From: Okamejei kenojei
Taxonomy: Eukaryota
Reading direction: 5' to 3'
Length of the DNA stretch: 64,000 bases
Assembly (NCBI GenBank): GCA_035221665.1
Contig: CM069138.1
Coordinates: forward strand, 71,486,001-71,550,000
Shown: positions 36,096 through 48,904 of the stretch, piece after piece
How the letters are laid out: the number at the start of each line of letters is the position of its first letter
Position numbering within the stretch: the stretch's first letter is position 1
Made by a program: the position numbers and the translations under genes
The notes under the pieces: model-generated
Database searches by the model: none
What the model was told of the DNA's origin: nothing
The model's input: the letters and a program-made list of their open reading frames with translations, nothing else

Positions 36096-37409
36096 ATGAG
36101 GGACTCCCATTTAAAAAATAATAATTCTGAAGTGTTTGCAGCCTCACACAGTATCCTATGAAGCATCAAAGTGTTGATTAGCAGGAAGGCAAACCCATTC
36201 TGGGTGTGGCACAATTTCCTGCCCTCTTGTAAATTCAGAACAGCTGAGCAACCCTATATATCTGAAGCACCTGGTCTGTAGGATTGGGTTACAGCAGCTT
36301 TATTGTGTTTTTAAAGGTCAGTACTCGGCATGTGCTGCATCTCTTCAGAGGTGCTTATCTAGCAGCTTATTCCATGATAACACATTTGCCGACTGAAGTC
36401 ACAACTAACCATAAAGAATGAAAAGCATTTCAAGCATCTCACCTTCCCCAAAGCAAGCGTGCAATAGTAACAAGCTCTGCCTCTGACATGCAGTCTAGTG
36501 CCTTTAAATTTACTGTATGAAAGGTGGGATTGGCTCTTTAAAAGTTACTGCTGGCATCTAAATTTGAAATAGAAACAATCGGAAGAATTGTTGTATAATT
36601 AATGTATTATCCCCCGCTTTCATGTGCAATATTGCGGCTTCACGCCAGGAAAATTTTTAATTGGAAAGCACTGTAGCAAGCAAAAACTTCCCTTATCGAA
36701 TCATCTTTGTCGATCAAATATCAGAATGTACCGGGGAATGAATTCATGCCTCAGCAAATGCACTGTTAATTGTGCATAAGCATCAATGGAATGTCAATTA
36801 AATGACATGAATGGTGTCTATGAAAGTTTTTGATATTTTCACACATTGGTTTACTTTCCATAGTCTCTTCTCTTATTTCACCCCATCCTCCTGTAGTAGA
36901 TGAATTTTTGAACAAAGCTGTGCACAACCCTATCACCATAACTTTTTTATTTGCTTACATTTAACCCAAGTCGGATCACCTCGGGTTTCACTGCGAATAA
37001 GATCGACAGGTTGTTTGCTCTGCTTCCCTTTAGCTTCCCACTTGATAGAATGGGTAAAAATTGCTTCCTGATATTCTAAAGTCACATTTTTGATGCAAAG
37101 GACGATAATGTGCGTTAGGGACAGTGGGATTAGCTGTGGATTGCTGTAAAATAAAATTAGTATAACCGTGATATACAAATGGCCTTGTTCTTTGCGTTAA
37201 ACTCGCATGCTCTACTTTTCTTACTTGATGTTTGCGTAAGACTGATTGCAGTCAATGCAAGCTGGTAATCTGAATCATGATCCTTCAGCTCAATATAGTC
37301 ATAGAGTTATGAAGCGATACAGCACAGAATCAGGCCCTGTAACCCAGCGTGCCTGCAATGAACATCAAACACTCAATTATGCTAATGAATCCTTTTTAAA
37401 AAAAATGTT

Positions 37410-37706
37410 GGTTTAGTCTTAGTTTTGAGATGCAGCGCGGAAATAGTTCCTTCAGCCCACCGAGTCCACATCGACCATCAATCACTTGTTCAAACTAGTT
37501 CTATTTTACCCCACTATCATATCCACTCTCCTATACACTAGGGGTAATTTTACACAGGCCAAGTAACCTACCCACACATCCTTGGGATGTGGCAGTTAAC
37601 TAGAGCACCCGGAGGAAACCTGCAAATTCCACACAGGCAGCACCCGAGGTCGCGATCCAACTGGGATTTCTTATGGTGTAAGGCAGCAGCTCTACCAGCT
37701 GTACCT
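37410..37706 (-). mobile_element. V-SINE (HE1-like)
   Basis: (tttag)n tail through ggcagcagctctaccagctgtacc. Confidence 0.8.
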
Positions 37707-37764
37707 CTAAGAAGCCCCACCTCACATTCCCATGAACTCCCCATGGTTTCTGCAACTCGTCCGA

Positions 37765-37961
37765 CTGTAAAGCCAATTTGCAGTGGCCAATAAACCGACT
37801 GACTCGCACATCTTTGGAACATGGGAGGGATCAGAAACATCTGGAGGAAGCACACGCAATCACAGAGATAACATGCAAACTCCACACAGTCAGCACCCTA
37901 GGTCAGGATTGAACCCAGGTCACTGATGCTGTGTGTTAGCAGCTCTACTAGCTGTGCCACC
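37765..37961 (-). mobile_element. V-SINE, 3'-truncated or interrupted
   Basis: catgcaaactccacacagtcagcacc...ggattgaaccc...gcagctctactagctgtgccac. Confidence 0.8.
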
Positions 37962-38180
37962 TAGTTTGTTGGAGTAAAGACATAAAAACATGTACAAATG
38001 ATTCTCTTTTCTAAAGATTTAGAGGTTTTGCTGTTTGAACCTGGTCAGGAATAAGCAATAACCTTTTCAAGGGATAAAACTGAACTCATAATCCTCTAGG
38101 CGAAGAAACTAGCATTCTAGAATAGAGTTTCCACTGCAGACCTCTGTCATAGGAATAATCCTTTGCATCTGTATGGAAAT

Positions 38181-38476
38181 GCTTTAGTTTAGTTTGGTTA
38201 TTTTGTTTATTGTCGCGTGGTACAGTGAAAAGCTTTTGTCACGTGCTAACTAGTCAGCAGAAAGAGAATACAAGGTTACAATCAGGCCATCCATGGTGTA
38301 CAGATACATGATAAAGGGAAAAACGTTTAGTGCAAGATAAAGTCCAGTAAAGTCCAATCAAAGACAATCCATGGGGCTCCAATGAGATAGATAGTAGCCC
38401 AGGACCATTCTCTAGTTGTCGTAGGATGGTTTAGTTGCCTGATAATAGCCGGAAGAAACTGTCCCTGAATCTGGAT
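38181..38476 (-). mobile_element. Rex1/Babar-type LINE 3' end
   Basis: Minus strand reads SRFRDSF..AIIRQLN, a typical ORF2 terminus. It is followed by a 3' UTR and a short tandem tail. Confidence 0.7.
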
Positions 38477-39867
38477 TGCATTTGTTCTTATTGCAAAGAA
38501 GATAGATATATTGTAAAATATTTTACCGTTCAGCACTATCATAGAAAGAAATTAAACATAAAATCTTATCTCCATTTGGCCAGTAACGAAGAGAGTTTTA
38601 AAAACAGTTTAGCATAAATATCCTTACATCACTGTGGGCAACCTCAGAGCTGTAACACATTGAATGGGTTGCAGTATCCATGTTCCACCTCTGAGGTCAG
38701 TATGCATTGACATGGATGAAGCTCCATCAATTCACCCTGGTTATTTTGACAGTTTACCTTTTGTATTATTTCTACAGTGCCCTGCCTAGCTCTGTCTTGT
38801 CTGTATGATTAAATTTGGCAGATGGCACTTTTCAGGCCAATAAATTAACACTGTGTTGAACTTTGATACGGTGTGTGGTGCAGGTTATAATTTAACAGTA
38901 CTTGCTGAGAACTCATTTTCAATTACGTTAAGTGTGATTGCGTTTCTTTTTTATTAATTTTGCCATAGTTTTAATTTTATAGATCTAATATACAGTATAT
39001 CTACTAGTTTAAAATTCTAATGTTTCATCTGTCGATTGAAGCACAAAATAGTGAAAGTAACTAAATCCAAAGCTGAGGACATATAAATTCCACAATATGT
39101 CACTTAAATTTGTAAATTTAGAAGTACTTGGATTAGTGAAGATTTGGAGTATCTAACACTTGGCTTGAGACTTGATTCTAAAGTTAAATATATTAAATGA
39201 ATTTGAGTGGAGAGAACTGGCAACTTCTAAGATGGCATAAAAAATCCTCCAGAACTGTCGAGATTTACAGCACATAAACCCACTCAGCTGCTTTTGCCTG
39301 TTGGCTTTGTGTCGGCTTGTTGGCTTCAGCAATCCAAAAACTAATCTCTCGTTCCACAGTTCTATTTGTTCTGGTGCATCAAAAATTTTTTTTCCAATTT
39401 TCCCTTCAAAGTTTCAGTAGTTTCTTCAAACTACTCACTTGCAGCAGAGTATGTGGTCTCCGTTTAAATAACTTCTGCCTGTTATCTTCATTTATTTGCT
39501 GTCAATTTTGAAATTTATTGATCCTTCGTGAATGATTCCACCGTCTCAGAAAATAATCTTTGCTGATTAGCTCTTTCCAAATTGTGGAAGAAAAATTGGC
39601 ACAGGGGCTAAATCTTCCATAAGCATGGATCTTACTCGTAGCATTTCTGCCTGTTACAACAAAGTCTCCATGGTCCTTGATCCCATGGTCAGTAATACTG
39701 CAGACTGGGCCCTGGTCAAATCCTTGCTACATGAACAAAGTCTGCTGATGTCCAAATCCCACTATTAGCACATTCTCAATGGGGCATTAAGGAGCGGATT
39801 CAGAGAGGTTTCTGAAATCTGTTTCCCTACCCTTGTTTATATGTAAAGAGTTAATCAACCTATTGGA

Positions 39868-40550
39868 GACATAAGAGATTGCAGATACTGGAATTTTGCA
39901 CAAAATCAAGCTGCTGAACAAACTCAGTGGGTTAGGCGGCTCGTTGCAGGAAAATGTTCGTCCAGCAGTCTGTTTGGATCCATTAGCACGTTTGTCGGAA
40001 CAAGTGTGCACAAAGTGGCCTTTGTTCTCCCAGTTGCCAATCAACCTCCCCCCCCCCCCCCCCCCGCCCTGACTTGTATCCACCTATCACTTGTCAGACT
40101 TTGTCCCACCCCCATTACTATTCTAGTCTCTTCCCCACCACCAAAATCAGTCTGGAGAAGCGTCTTTACGCTTTGGACTTTAAAGATACAGAGCGGAAAC
40201 AGGCCCTTCAGCCCATCAAGCCCGCACGGACCACTGATCCAGCATTAATAAACTGGCACTATCGTACACACTAAGGGCAATTTACAATTTTTAATGAAGC
40301 CAATTAACCTACAAACCTGTACGTCTTTGGAGTATGTGGGGAAACCGGAGCACTCAGAGAAAAACCCACGCAGTCGCAGGGAGAACGTTCAAACTCCGTA
40401 CAGACGGCACCTGTAGTCAGGATCGTACCCGGGTCTCCGGTGCTACAAGGCAACAACTCTACCGCTGTGCCATTGTCCCAACCCAAAACATTGCTTATGT
40501 TTTCCAAGATGCTGCCTGACTTGCTGAGTTACTCCAGCAGATTTGTGTAT
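39868..40550. mobile_element. PLE-derived element split by a SINE inside the hammerhead motif
   Basis: cagtctggagaagcgtc | SINE | cccaacccaaaacatt...gatgctgcctgacttgctgagttactccagca. Inverted left arm at 39870-39940. Confidence 0.7.
40165..40476 (-). mobile_element. V-SINE (HE1-like)
   Basis: Full-length reverse copy ending ggcaacaactctaccgctgtgcca. Confidence 0.88.
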
Positions 40551-41084
40551 CTTTTCAAAGATCGCTTTAACAATCATTTCCAGGTGAAATTGTGTACACC
40601 AGGAACTTGGGGGAGGTACATTTGTACACAATTCACCCTAGCACAGCTGATCTTTTCCTCTGTGTCAGTTAGTCATCTAATAACATCACAAGAAGCGTTT
40701 CCTACATTGTCGACATCAATTGAAGCTCCTGGCTGCAGCCTATAATTTGCGCTGAACACTCGCGATGCAACTAGAATTGGTGCTTTGTAGCATTTGTATC
40801 CATTTGCAAAGGGAACTCTGCAGACTGCTGGAGATCTAACTGGGCTCACTGCAGGCTCTCCAAGCATCTTCCAAAGTCTGCAGAATGTGGTTAATCCAAC
40901 AGGGTGTGTTTCTTATTTCAGCATTTAGTGGTTCCGTTGGTTCAAGCACCTGTACAGTGGTCAGTTTATATCTGCACCTAGAAGAATGTAATTTTAACAT
41001 GACTAAAAAACCATTTCAACCAGACTAGAATTTAGAACTAATTAAGGCAGGAAAAAAAAAAAAACAAATGTAGGGAGTCATAAT

Positions 41085-41226
41085 GTAGAAACAAGAAACC
41101 GCAGATGCTGTTACCTAAGAAAATAACAAAGTCTGAAGAGGTGTCCCCACGCAAAACAATATCTATTCATGTTTTGCAGGAATGCTGCCTGATGTGGCCT
41201 GACCTGCTGAATATTTCCAGCATTTT
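41085..41226. mobile_element. PLE-derived short element
   Basis: gcagatgctg...gtctgaagaggtgtccccacgcaaaac...tgctgcctga...ttccagcattt. Confidence 0.65.
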
Positions 41227-42080
41227 AGACAATAGACAATAAGTGCAGGAGTAGGCCATTCGGCCCTTCGAGCCAGCACCGCCATTCAATGTGATCATGG
41301 CTGATCATCCCCAATCAGTACCCAGTTCCTGCCTTCTCTCCATATCCCCCGACTCCACTATCTTTAAGAGCCCTATCTAGTCTCTCTTGAAAGTATCCAG
41401 AAAACCTCTGAAACCTCAGAATTCTCTGCCTCCACGGCAGAGAATTCCACAGACTCGCAACTCTCTGTGAGAAAAAGTGTATCCTAGTCTCCGTTCTAAA
41501 TAACTTACTCCTTATTCTTAAACTGTGGCCCCTGGTTCTGGACTCCACCAACATCAGGAACATGTTTCCTGCCTCTATCGTGTCCAAACCCTTAATAATC
41601 TTATATGTTTCAATAAGATCCCCTCTCATCCTTCTGAACTCCAGAGTGTACAAGCCTAGCCACTCCATTCTCTGAGCATATGACATTCCCGCCATCCCGG
41701 GAATTAACCTTGTAAACCTACGCTGCACTCCCTCAATAGCAAGAACGTCCTTTCTCAAATTAGGTGACCAAAACTGCACACAATACTCCAGGTGTGGTCT
41801 CACTAGGGCCCTGTACAACTGCAGAAGGACCACTTTGCTCCTGTACTCAACTCCTCTTGTTATAAAGGCCAACATGCCATTCACTTTCTTCACTGCCTGC
41901 TGTACCTGCATGCTTATTTTCATTGACTGATGAACAAGGACCCCCAGTCCCGTTGTACTTCCCCTTTTCCCAACTTGACACAATTGAGATAGTAATCTGC
42001 CTTCCTGTTTTTGCTACCAAAGTGGATAAGCTCACATTTATTCACATTAAACTGCATCTGCCATGCATCCGCCCTGTCCA
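41227..42080 (-). mobile_element. CR1-clade (HER1-like) LINE, 5'-truncated, relatively young
   Basis: The 222-aa ORF 41315-41983 contains LYRALVRPHLEYCVQFWSP, VQRRFTRLIPG, RGDLIETYKI and TRGHSLR. The upstream frame has WQMQFNVNKC..IHFG. (tagacaa)n tail. Confidence 0.95.
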
Positions 42081-42084
42081 TGTC

Positions 42085-42222
42085 ACATTTAGACAGGTAC
42101 ACGTTTAGAGAGATATGGGCCAAATGCAGGCAGGTGGGACTAATGTAGATGGTACATATTTTCCGGTGTGGGAAGTTGGGCCGAAGGGCCTGTTTCCATG
42201 CTGTTAGGCTCTATGACTCTAT
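42085..42222 (+). mobile_element. CR1-clade LINE 3' tip
   Basis: catttagacaggtac...gatatgggccaaatgcaggcaggtggga...gggccgaagggcctgtttccatgctg...ctctatgactcta. Confidence 0.75.
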
Positions 42223-42600
42223 TACTCTGTGTCATGTCTGTTTCCGGAAGGAGTCTGTGCTACTTCTGCATAGCATCTCTCTGCTCTTTCAAGAGAACTA
42301 GCTGTTCATGTGCAGCATCCTTTCGCTCCTGTGGAACTGTAAGCTGCTCACAGGTGACGACCTTCTGATCTTTGATGCTGCAATCTGCTAACTCCTGGCA
42401 TCTCTTTGCTCAATGAAGTCATCAAGCAGCTCGCTGGTGTCTTATTGAGTGTCAAGATGCTTCTGGGTGTCTGGGACCAGACCTCTAATGGATCAGAGTG
42501 AGACTGCACAGAATCAGCCAAATTGTGTGTGGCTTTCGTCTCTGCATTCAGATAGGCACTGTGCAATATGATTTTAGCTGATACCCAGCAAAGAAGTGTG

Positions 42601-42923
42601 CATGGACAAGGAGCTGCAGATGCTGGAATGATGAGTAACCCAGTGAGTCAGGCAGCATTTTTGGAGAACATGGACAAACAACTTTTCAGGTCGGGAAAGG
42701 ACACAAAGTGCTGGATTAACTCAGCCGATGAAGCAGCATCTCTGGAAAACATGACTACACAAAAGGACATAAAATACTCCCGAGATGTTGTCTAGAGGTG
42801 CTGCCTGATCTGCTGAGTTACTCCAGCACTTTCTGTCCTTTAGTGTATTAATCTGCATCTGCAATTCCTTGATTCTACATTTCAGTTAAGGACCCTTCTT
42901 CGGACTCCATCACTTTGTGTTTT
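42601..42923. mobile_element. nested PLE-derived fold-back elements, 11-bp TSD
   Basis: TSD aaagaagtgtg at 42590-42600 and 42924-42934. An inner copy (about 42697-42879) interrupts the antisense hammerhead motif. Confidence 0.75.
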
Positions 42924-44339
42924 AAAGAAGTGTGAAGGACATGGTCTCTTGGCAATGCAGAATCCTCTGTGAGAAATTGAAGACTCTGTCCTCCAGGTTC
43001 TTAACACCTCTTGCAACTGTCAGATCACTGATCATTTCCACCCACACTTGTGCATCAGCCTTGTCATTAAAGCATCCCAATCATGAACCTCACCTGAATC
43101 CGTGCAGGTAGGATGAATACATACACCTCTCCCCAGTGTGAGTGCTGATATCAGATTCCCTGCACCATGCGACAGACTGTAGTCACTCGTGCCTGGTTTA
43201 TCATCTTGTGTTCTGCATCCCTCTAACCTTATACCTTTCTGAGAATGAAAGAGCAGCATTTCTGTTACACTGAACATTACCATGATATGAATTGAGAGAT
43301 AATCAAGTTTACTTGAGATCTAGTCTATGGATTTTGTTGTTCTGGAAAATACTGTAACCACCTTCTGCAACATTCTTTAATGTTGACCCCTGATATATCT
43401 CATGGCCGGGACCCCCTTCTTCTCACGGCCACCAAAGCCTAACGTGAATATCACCAAGCTGTCTCCCTTTTGCCTGCAGTCTCACCCTTCACCAGAGCTG
43501 CCTTATGTGTGTTGCAGTTTAAGGCTGTGATGGGGCATGTGCCTTTAAGAGATGTGCCCCTACTCTGTTTTTCTTTTGCACTAAATAGGAAATAAGGTCC
43601 CGTGCAGATCCTGGTTTTATGCATTAATTCCGAGTGCAAACTAGCGAGGCATTATTACCATTGGCCGTTATCGGGAAGTTTTGCAGGTGATCTAGTTGAG
43701 GAGTAGCACCATAAACAGCACGTGTTTAGTGCATCAATAAAGGGCGAAATTCAATTTCTAGCATACAAACTTAATCCAATAATAATTGATTGCTTCATTT
43801 CAACTTCGACTCCAATTCATGTTGATTTCCAATCAGAGCCTATGGCTGTCAGTAACTTATGAATAGCTTTCACATATCAGCACCAGAACGGTTAAGAAGT
43901 CTTTAAACTCTGCTTACTCCTGCTTTATAGTGGAGAGCCATAGGTCAGAGCAGACCTTACGGTTGTTCTGATTATAGGCTTAAATAATAAATTCCAAAAC
44001 TATCCAATTTTAAGTCCAAAAAGAATCTTATGTTTTTGAGTATTAAATAGCTTCAACAGAAGACAACATAGCTTAACTATGTTATTTCCAGACTTTGGTC
44101 TTTAAAGTGTTTAAGAGTTTGTGTATTTTTAGTTGACCCAGGTCAGAAATCTCAAATTAAAGCTTTTGGTTGTGTCCGTATAACAACTGGCAGACACAAA
44201 TCATTTTCCTAACTGCATTTTGCGCTTACTGACAACAGAGCTCTATCAGTTTTCACAGGAATGTCAGTTCTTCACACCAATGAAACACACGTGGAAATGC
44301 TTATTTTCTTCTAATATCGAAAACAATGATATATAAATT

Positions 44340-44437
44340 TAAGATCAAGAGTCGAGGGTTTTTACAGACAGACATATATCCCGAAACGGAACAATAAAAT
44401 TCTTACTTGCAGCCAGCACAACAGATATGTAAACATA
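44340..44437 (-). mobile_element. short Rex/L2-type LINE 3' tip
   Basis: ggaacaataaaattcttacttgcagccagcacaacag, similar to 7180-7210. Confidence 0.45.
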
Positions 44438-44623
44438 AGATAGACACAAAAAGCTGGAGTAACTCAGCGGGACAGGCAGCATCAGAAGGGTCATTCTTCA
44501 GAATAGCCTCGACCTGAAACGTCACCCATTCCTTCTCTCCAGAAATGCTGCCTGTCCCGCAGAGTTACTCCAGCTTTTCGTGTCCATCTTCAGTTTAAAC
44601 CAACATCTGCAGTTCTTTCTTAC
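44438..44623. mobile_element. PLE-derived fold-back element, 17-bp TSD
   Basis: TSD acagatatgtaaacata at 44421-44437 and 44624-44640. Near-perfect arms aaaagctggagtaactcagcgggacaggcagcat / atgctgcctgtcccgcagagttactccagctttt. Contains ctcgacctgaaacgtcacc. Confidence 0.88.
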
Positions 44624-47600
44624 ACAGATATGTAAACATAGTACTCGGAGGTTTCAATGGACTCCCTGAGCATATAAAAAATGACACTTTGCTCGTAACT
44701 GGAGCTTCACTTCAGCGAGTGTGAAATTCAAATAAAGCGTGGTTACTCATTGGTTCTGATTTCACATCTTTTTCTTCCATCTGTCTGTGAATCAGGTGCT
44801 AATCCGTGTCCTGAGTAATGTCGGAACTACTGTGACAGCGTGCACTTATAACCGTTTTGCATTGCTGCTAAAATGCCAGTTTGAAGTTCCGTCAATTCAC
44901 CACAATAGTTTCAAAAGTTTGAGGTGGCTTCTTAATGATTTCAATAAATGTAATTATATTTTAAAACCTCTCAAAAAAAGCATGTGTCTTTATATCAAAA
45001 CCATACGTACTACAAATAGTAACATGAACAATAATATATATGTTAATGTGAGCTTTACAAATAATAATTGATTGTATGGATGTAAGCAAAAACTTTTACC
45101 AAATACAATAGTTGGCACTTTCAGCAGCTTTTGACTCCCTGCATGCCAAGTACCTATAATCATACAGTTAACTGTAAATATTAGTCCCTTTCATAAAATG
45201 TAATTGACTGTTACTTTTGACGATCACCACTGGAGTTCCACTAATAGGTAATCTCTTAACGTTATTGGAAACAAAGTGATTTTCAGGTTTATTGTAAATC
45301 TAGGAATTAAAGCCGCAAAATTAAGTCATCGTTCCCCCTGCGTCTCACTGAAATAATCGGCAATTTGATGTTTCTCTAAATATAATGCAAAGTCGGCTTC
45401 TGCTTAGATATAAAATTATGGGACTCTTATAAACTATCAATCTCGCAGACCTACCCAAATAGAAGAGACGATTTGAATAGCTGTTTCTTGATCAAGTAAC
45501 TCGAAAATGCTTAAATATGTATATTGCTTGAGAGAAATGCAGGATATGCCCAGAGTTGGTTAAAAAAAAAAAGGCTGACGCTCACATGATGGACAGAAAA
45601 TGGACTTGTGTGAGATACAGGAGCCAGCAAGGACTTTAGATGGAAATCTGCACTGTCAGGGTGGAACGAAACAAACACACAATTAGAATTGTCAAGTAAG
45701 AGTATCCACATGCACAGTGAAGTTCTACAATAAACAGCCATTGTCGATAATTACAGTTATAAATACGTGTACTGTTTCAATTCCAGGATTTCGGAATATT
45801 AGGAAAACCATTATGTCTTCATTTTTTTTTGAGAGGTAACAACTTTGATAAAAATGCACATTCTTTGAAAGCTTTTTTTTAAAGCAGAAACGTTCAATGC
45901 ATTAAAAACATATATTTTGCAACTCATAAGTGAGCCTTTGCACCAATAATGTATTTGCTGGGCATTTTGACATTGTTGAAGGTCAGTAATAATAAGAAAT
46001 ATTGATACAGTTCAAAACTTTTGAAAATACTTATTGCTCAAGACAATTGCTTTTTGGGCTGGAGCATGAAATTCCATGCATTCTCCCTTGTATTGAATAG
46101 ACCTGTATAAACGATCAAAAGCATAAAAGGTTAAAGTTAGAACACTGTGCAAGAAACTTTAATGGCATTTTCTTGTAGAACACTTATTCAGTGGGTGGAG
46201 CATTGGTGACTGCATGAATGCTCTGCAGTTCACTGTGAGTATTGAACTGACAAGCTTTATATGGGATTAACAGAGAAACCCTAGAATTTGAGTGTTGTTT
46301 ATCATTTTAAAAGAGTCAAATGCTTTTATTGTTGTGGGTGATTAGGGTTAATTTGGATTTGCTTGATCTTTTTCCAGAATTCTCTTATTCTTAATTCTGC
46401 GGCAACTGTCATGCCAAAACGCTTCATTGTACATTGTACATTGGCCCTTTCAGTGCATATTGTTATGTGATGCAATCAGGCTCTGTGGTGTACAGATAAA
46501 TGCCTGTTTAATATTGCAAGCCAAGTTGCAAAAATAGCTTTTAAATCAAAACTACAGTATGACTTTTCAGATTTGCTGCTAAACCTGAAACTCCTTTTTC
46601 AGGGCAGATACCTTTCCATTCTGGTCGATTGGAGCTGCTTGAGCTGTTTATACAGTGGTCTCTCTATATTTATCCCATTATACAATGGTTGCACTCACTG
46701 AATTGAACTGGTGAGAAACAACTTACATTGGCCAAACTAATTAAAGATATTTTAATTGTATTACTTTAAATGAAATATTGAACTGTTTGAAAAATATTCA
46801 TAATCTATGAGGCATTATTTTGTGTTTTTTTATTTTAATTTTGCTCGTTTTCTATATTTTCCTGCAATGTTGTATATTGATGGAGCTTCTGTGATCATGA
46901 AACATCATAACTTGAACAACTTGATGCTGGCAAGGTAAACAACGGTGGTTTTTCTGTGAGCTGATGTGGTTCTCTCCCCTTATCCATCTTCGTACAATTT
47001 CAAAGTTTATTTTTTTTATATATTTCCCTGTAAACATTTATCTTAAAAATGATTCATTATATAAATAATAATTGCTGATCAAACAATTCTTGCTTTGAAC
47101 TAACAAATTAATTCAAGCATTTTTTTTTTTTTTAAATAAACTTTAGATAAGCTTTAAAAAATCGTAAATCCAATTTATACCAGGAGTCAATCGACAAATT
47201 TAAAAAAATAACTAAATGGTCTACATTACGGTGTTAAAATTTGGCCTGACTTACCATCATTTCCTCTTTGATGTGTGATCCATCAAGTTAACCATGAATG
47301 GCAAATAAAGGAATGTAGGCTTCCAGTACATTAAGAGTTCATGTTGCACCTTTCAAACTTGTTTCACCTTTCTCAGCCATGCCCAAATCTCTATTGACAA
47401 TACAAACATTGGCTGCTGTTTGGGAGGCTCTTGATTATTGACCCAAAGGTTACAGGAAGGTGCCAAGATAGTTTTAACATCTAGTGCCAAAGAAGGAGGG
47501 CATTTCTCCACGCTTGAGGTCACTTCCATAAACCAGAGAGAATAATTTAGCAACTGCAGTCAACAACTTGGAGCCAATTAAATCTTATTGCCCAAGATGT

Positions 47601-47749
47601 ACAAGTATTTTCTAAAGAAAACGTGTTTTTGATTGCTGAAGCTAGGTACTGGGCAACAGTTTGCAACATCAGTGGGTAATTAGGAAATTATGTGTACATA
47701 TTTGTTTGCCTGGACATATTGTAAATACACTCAAATCTAAGAAGCCTAA

Positions 47750-48275
47750 AGGGCTTGTCCCACTTGGGCGACCTAATCCGCGAGTTCTGGCGAGTTTTCC
47801 CTCGACTCATACTCGCAGCATGGTCGATACGAGGTCATTGGAGGTCTTCGTAACTCTCCTTCATGCTCGAGAGTGATCTCCGCGTACTCGAGGCCTCAGC
47901 AAGGTCGCTGCGTTGTTTCAATATGTTAAAAAATGCCTGTGAGTAAAAAAAGGTTGCCATAGCAAAAATCAAAACTTTTTTTACTTGTTGGTTTAGTCCT
48001 AGTAGGTCGTAGTAGGTCGGCATGTTAGTCGTACGTAATCGAGGGTAGTCGAAGGTAGTCATAGTCTTCATCATAGTTGAAGGGAGGTCGAAGGGGGGTT
48101 GAAGGAGATCGAAAGAGGTCGTCTTCACTCTCCAGTATTCGGTGTCCAATTTTTCTCGAAGTTAGTCGAAGCTGGTGTTCAACATAGTCGAAGGAGGTTT
48201 TCTACATAGTTGAAGGAGGTTTTCAACATGTCATTTTTTCAAGCTCTTCTAAACTTGCCCAAGTGGGACAGCCCC
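47750..48275. mobile_element. non-autonomous PIF/Harbinger (Tourist-like) MITE, CpG-rich
   Basis: TIR AGGGcttGTCCCACTTGGGC / GCCCAAGTGGGACAgcCCCT. TAA TSD at 47747-49 and 48276-78. No coding capacity. Confidence 0.8.
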
Positions 48276-48904
48276 TTAATACTGCCAGAAGTTAGTCCAT
48301 AAACCTAATTCAGAAAAAGTGTTGACCTGACTTCATCACTCTTCGGTCCCCCCAGATTGGGGAAGTTAGAGTTGGAATAGAGTGTGGGAAGATTGGATAA
48401 CTGTCCCTGGATCCAGCAGGAGGGAAAAAACACACACATTTCTAACACCTTCCTTTCGTTGCATATTAGTATAAGCTGTCCCAGTTGATATGTTTTACAC
48501 CTAGTTTACAATATTGAAGGCAGCCCAAACGAGTTTATGTTATCCCTAGTATCCAATGCTTTCACTTACACCATGAGTTCCCAACTGTAGTTTCAACATA
48601 ACCAGTTAAAGAAAAAAATCCAAAGTTATCAAACAAGTTACCTTCCAGGGCCCACATTTGGCCTTGGATATTGGCCACACATCCCACCCCATCCAGTGAA
48701 AGACAACAGGCTGACTACTTCCAATTGCCCACTCTGTCAGATATCCCATCCCTATTCATGCTACACAATGAAGCACATATAATCTCAAGGCACAGGAGTG
48801 AAGACAGCACTGGCCTAATGTCTTACTGATAACCAGTGACTGAAGACAATGATGCGCTTCTCTAACTTGTGTTGCTTTTCTATGTGCAAGACTGCAAGAT
48901 TTCC

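Noticed and set aside
41315-41983. Longest ORF (222 aa) as a host gene
   Set aside because: It is the C-terminus of a CR1 LINE ORF2, 5'-truncated and frameshifted.
44438-44623. Classifying the fold-back elements as DNA-transposon MITEs or pre-miRNAs
   Set aside because: TSD length is variable (9-17 bp), arms are asymmetric and differ between copies, and the sequence is contiguous with a PLE endonuclease remnant at 15217-15565.
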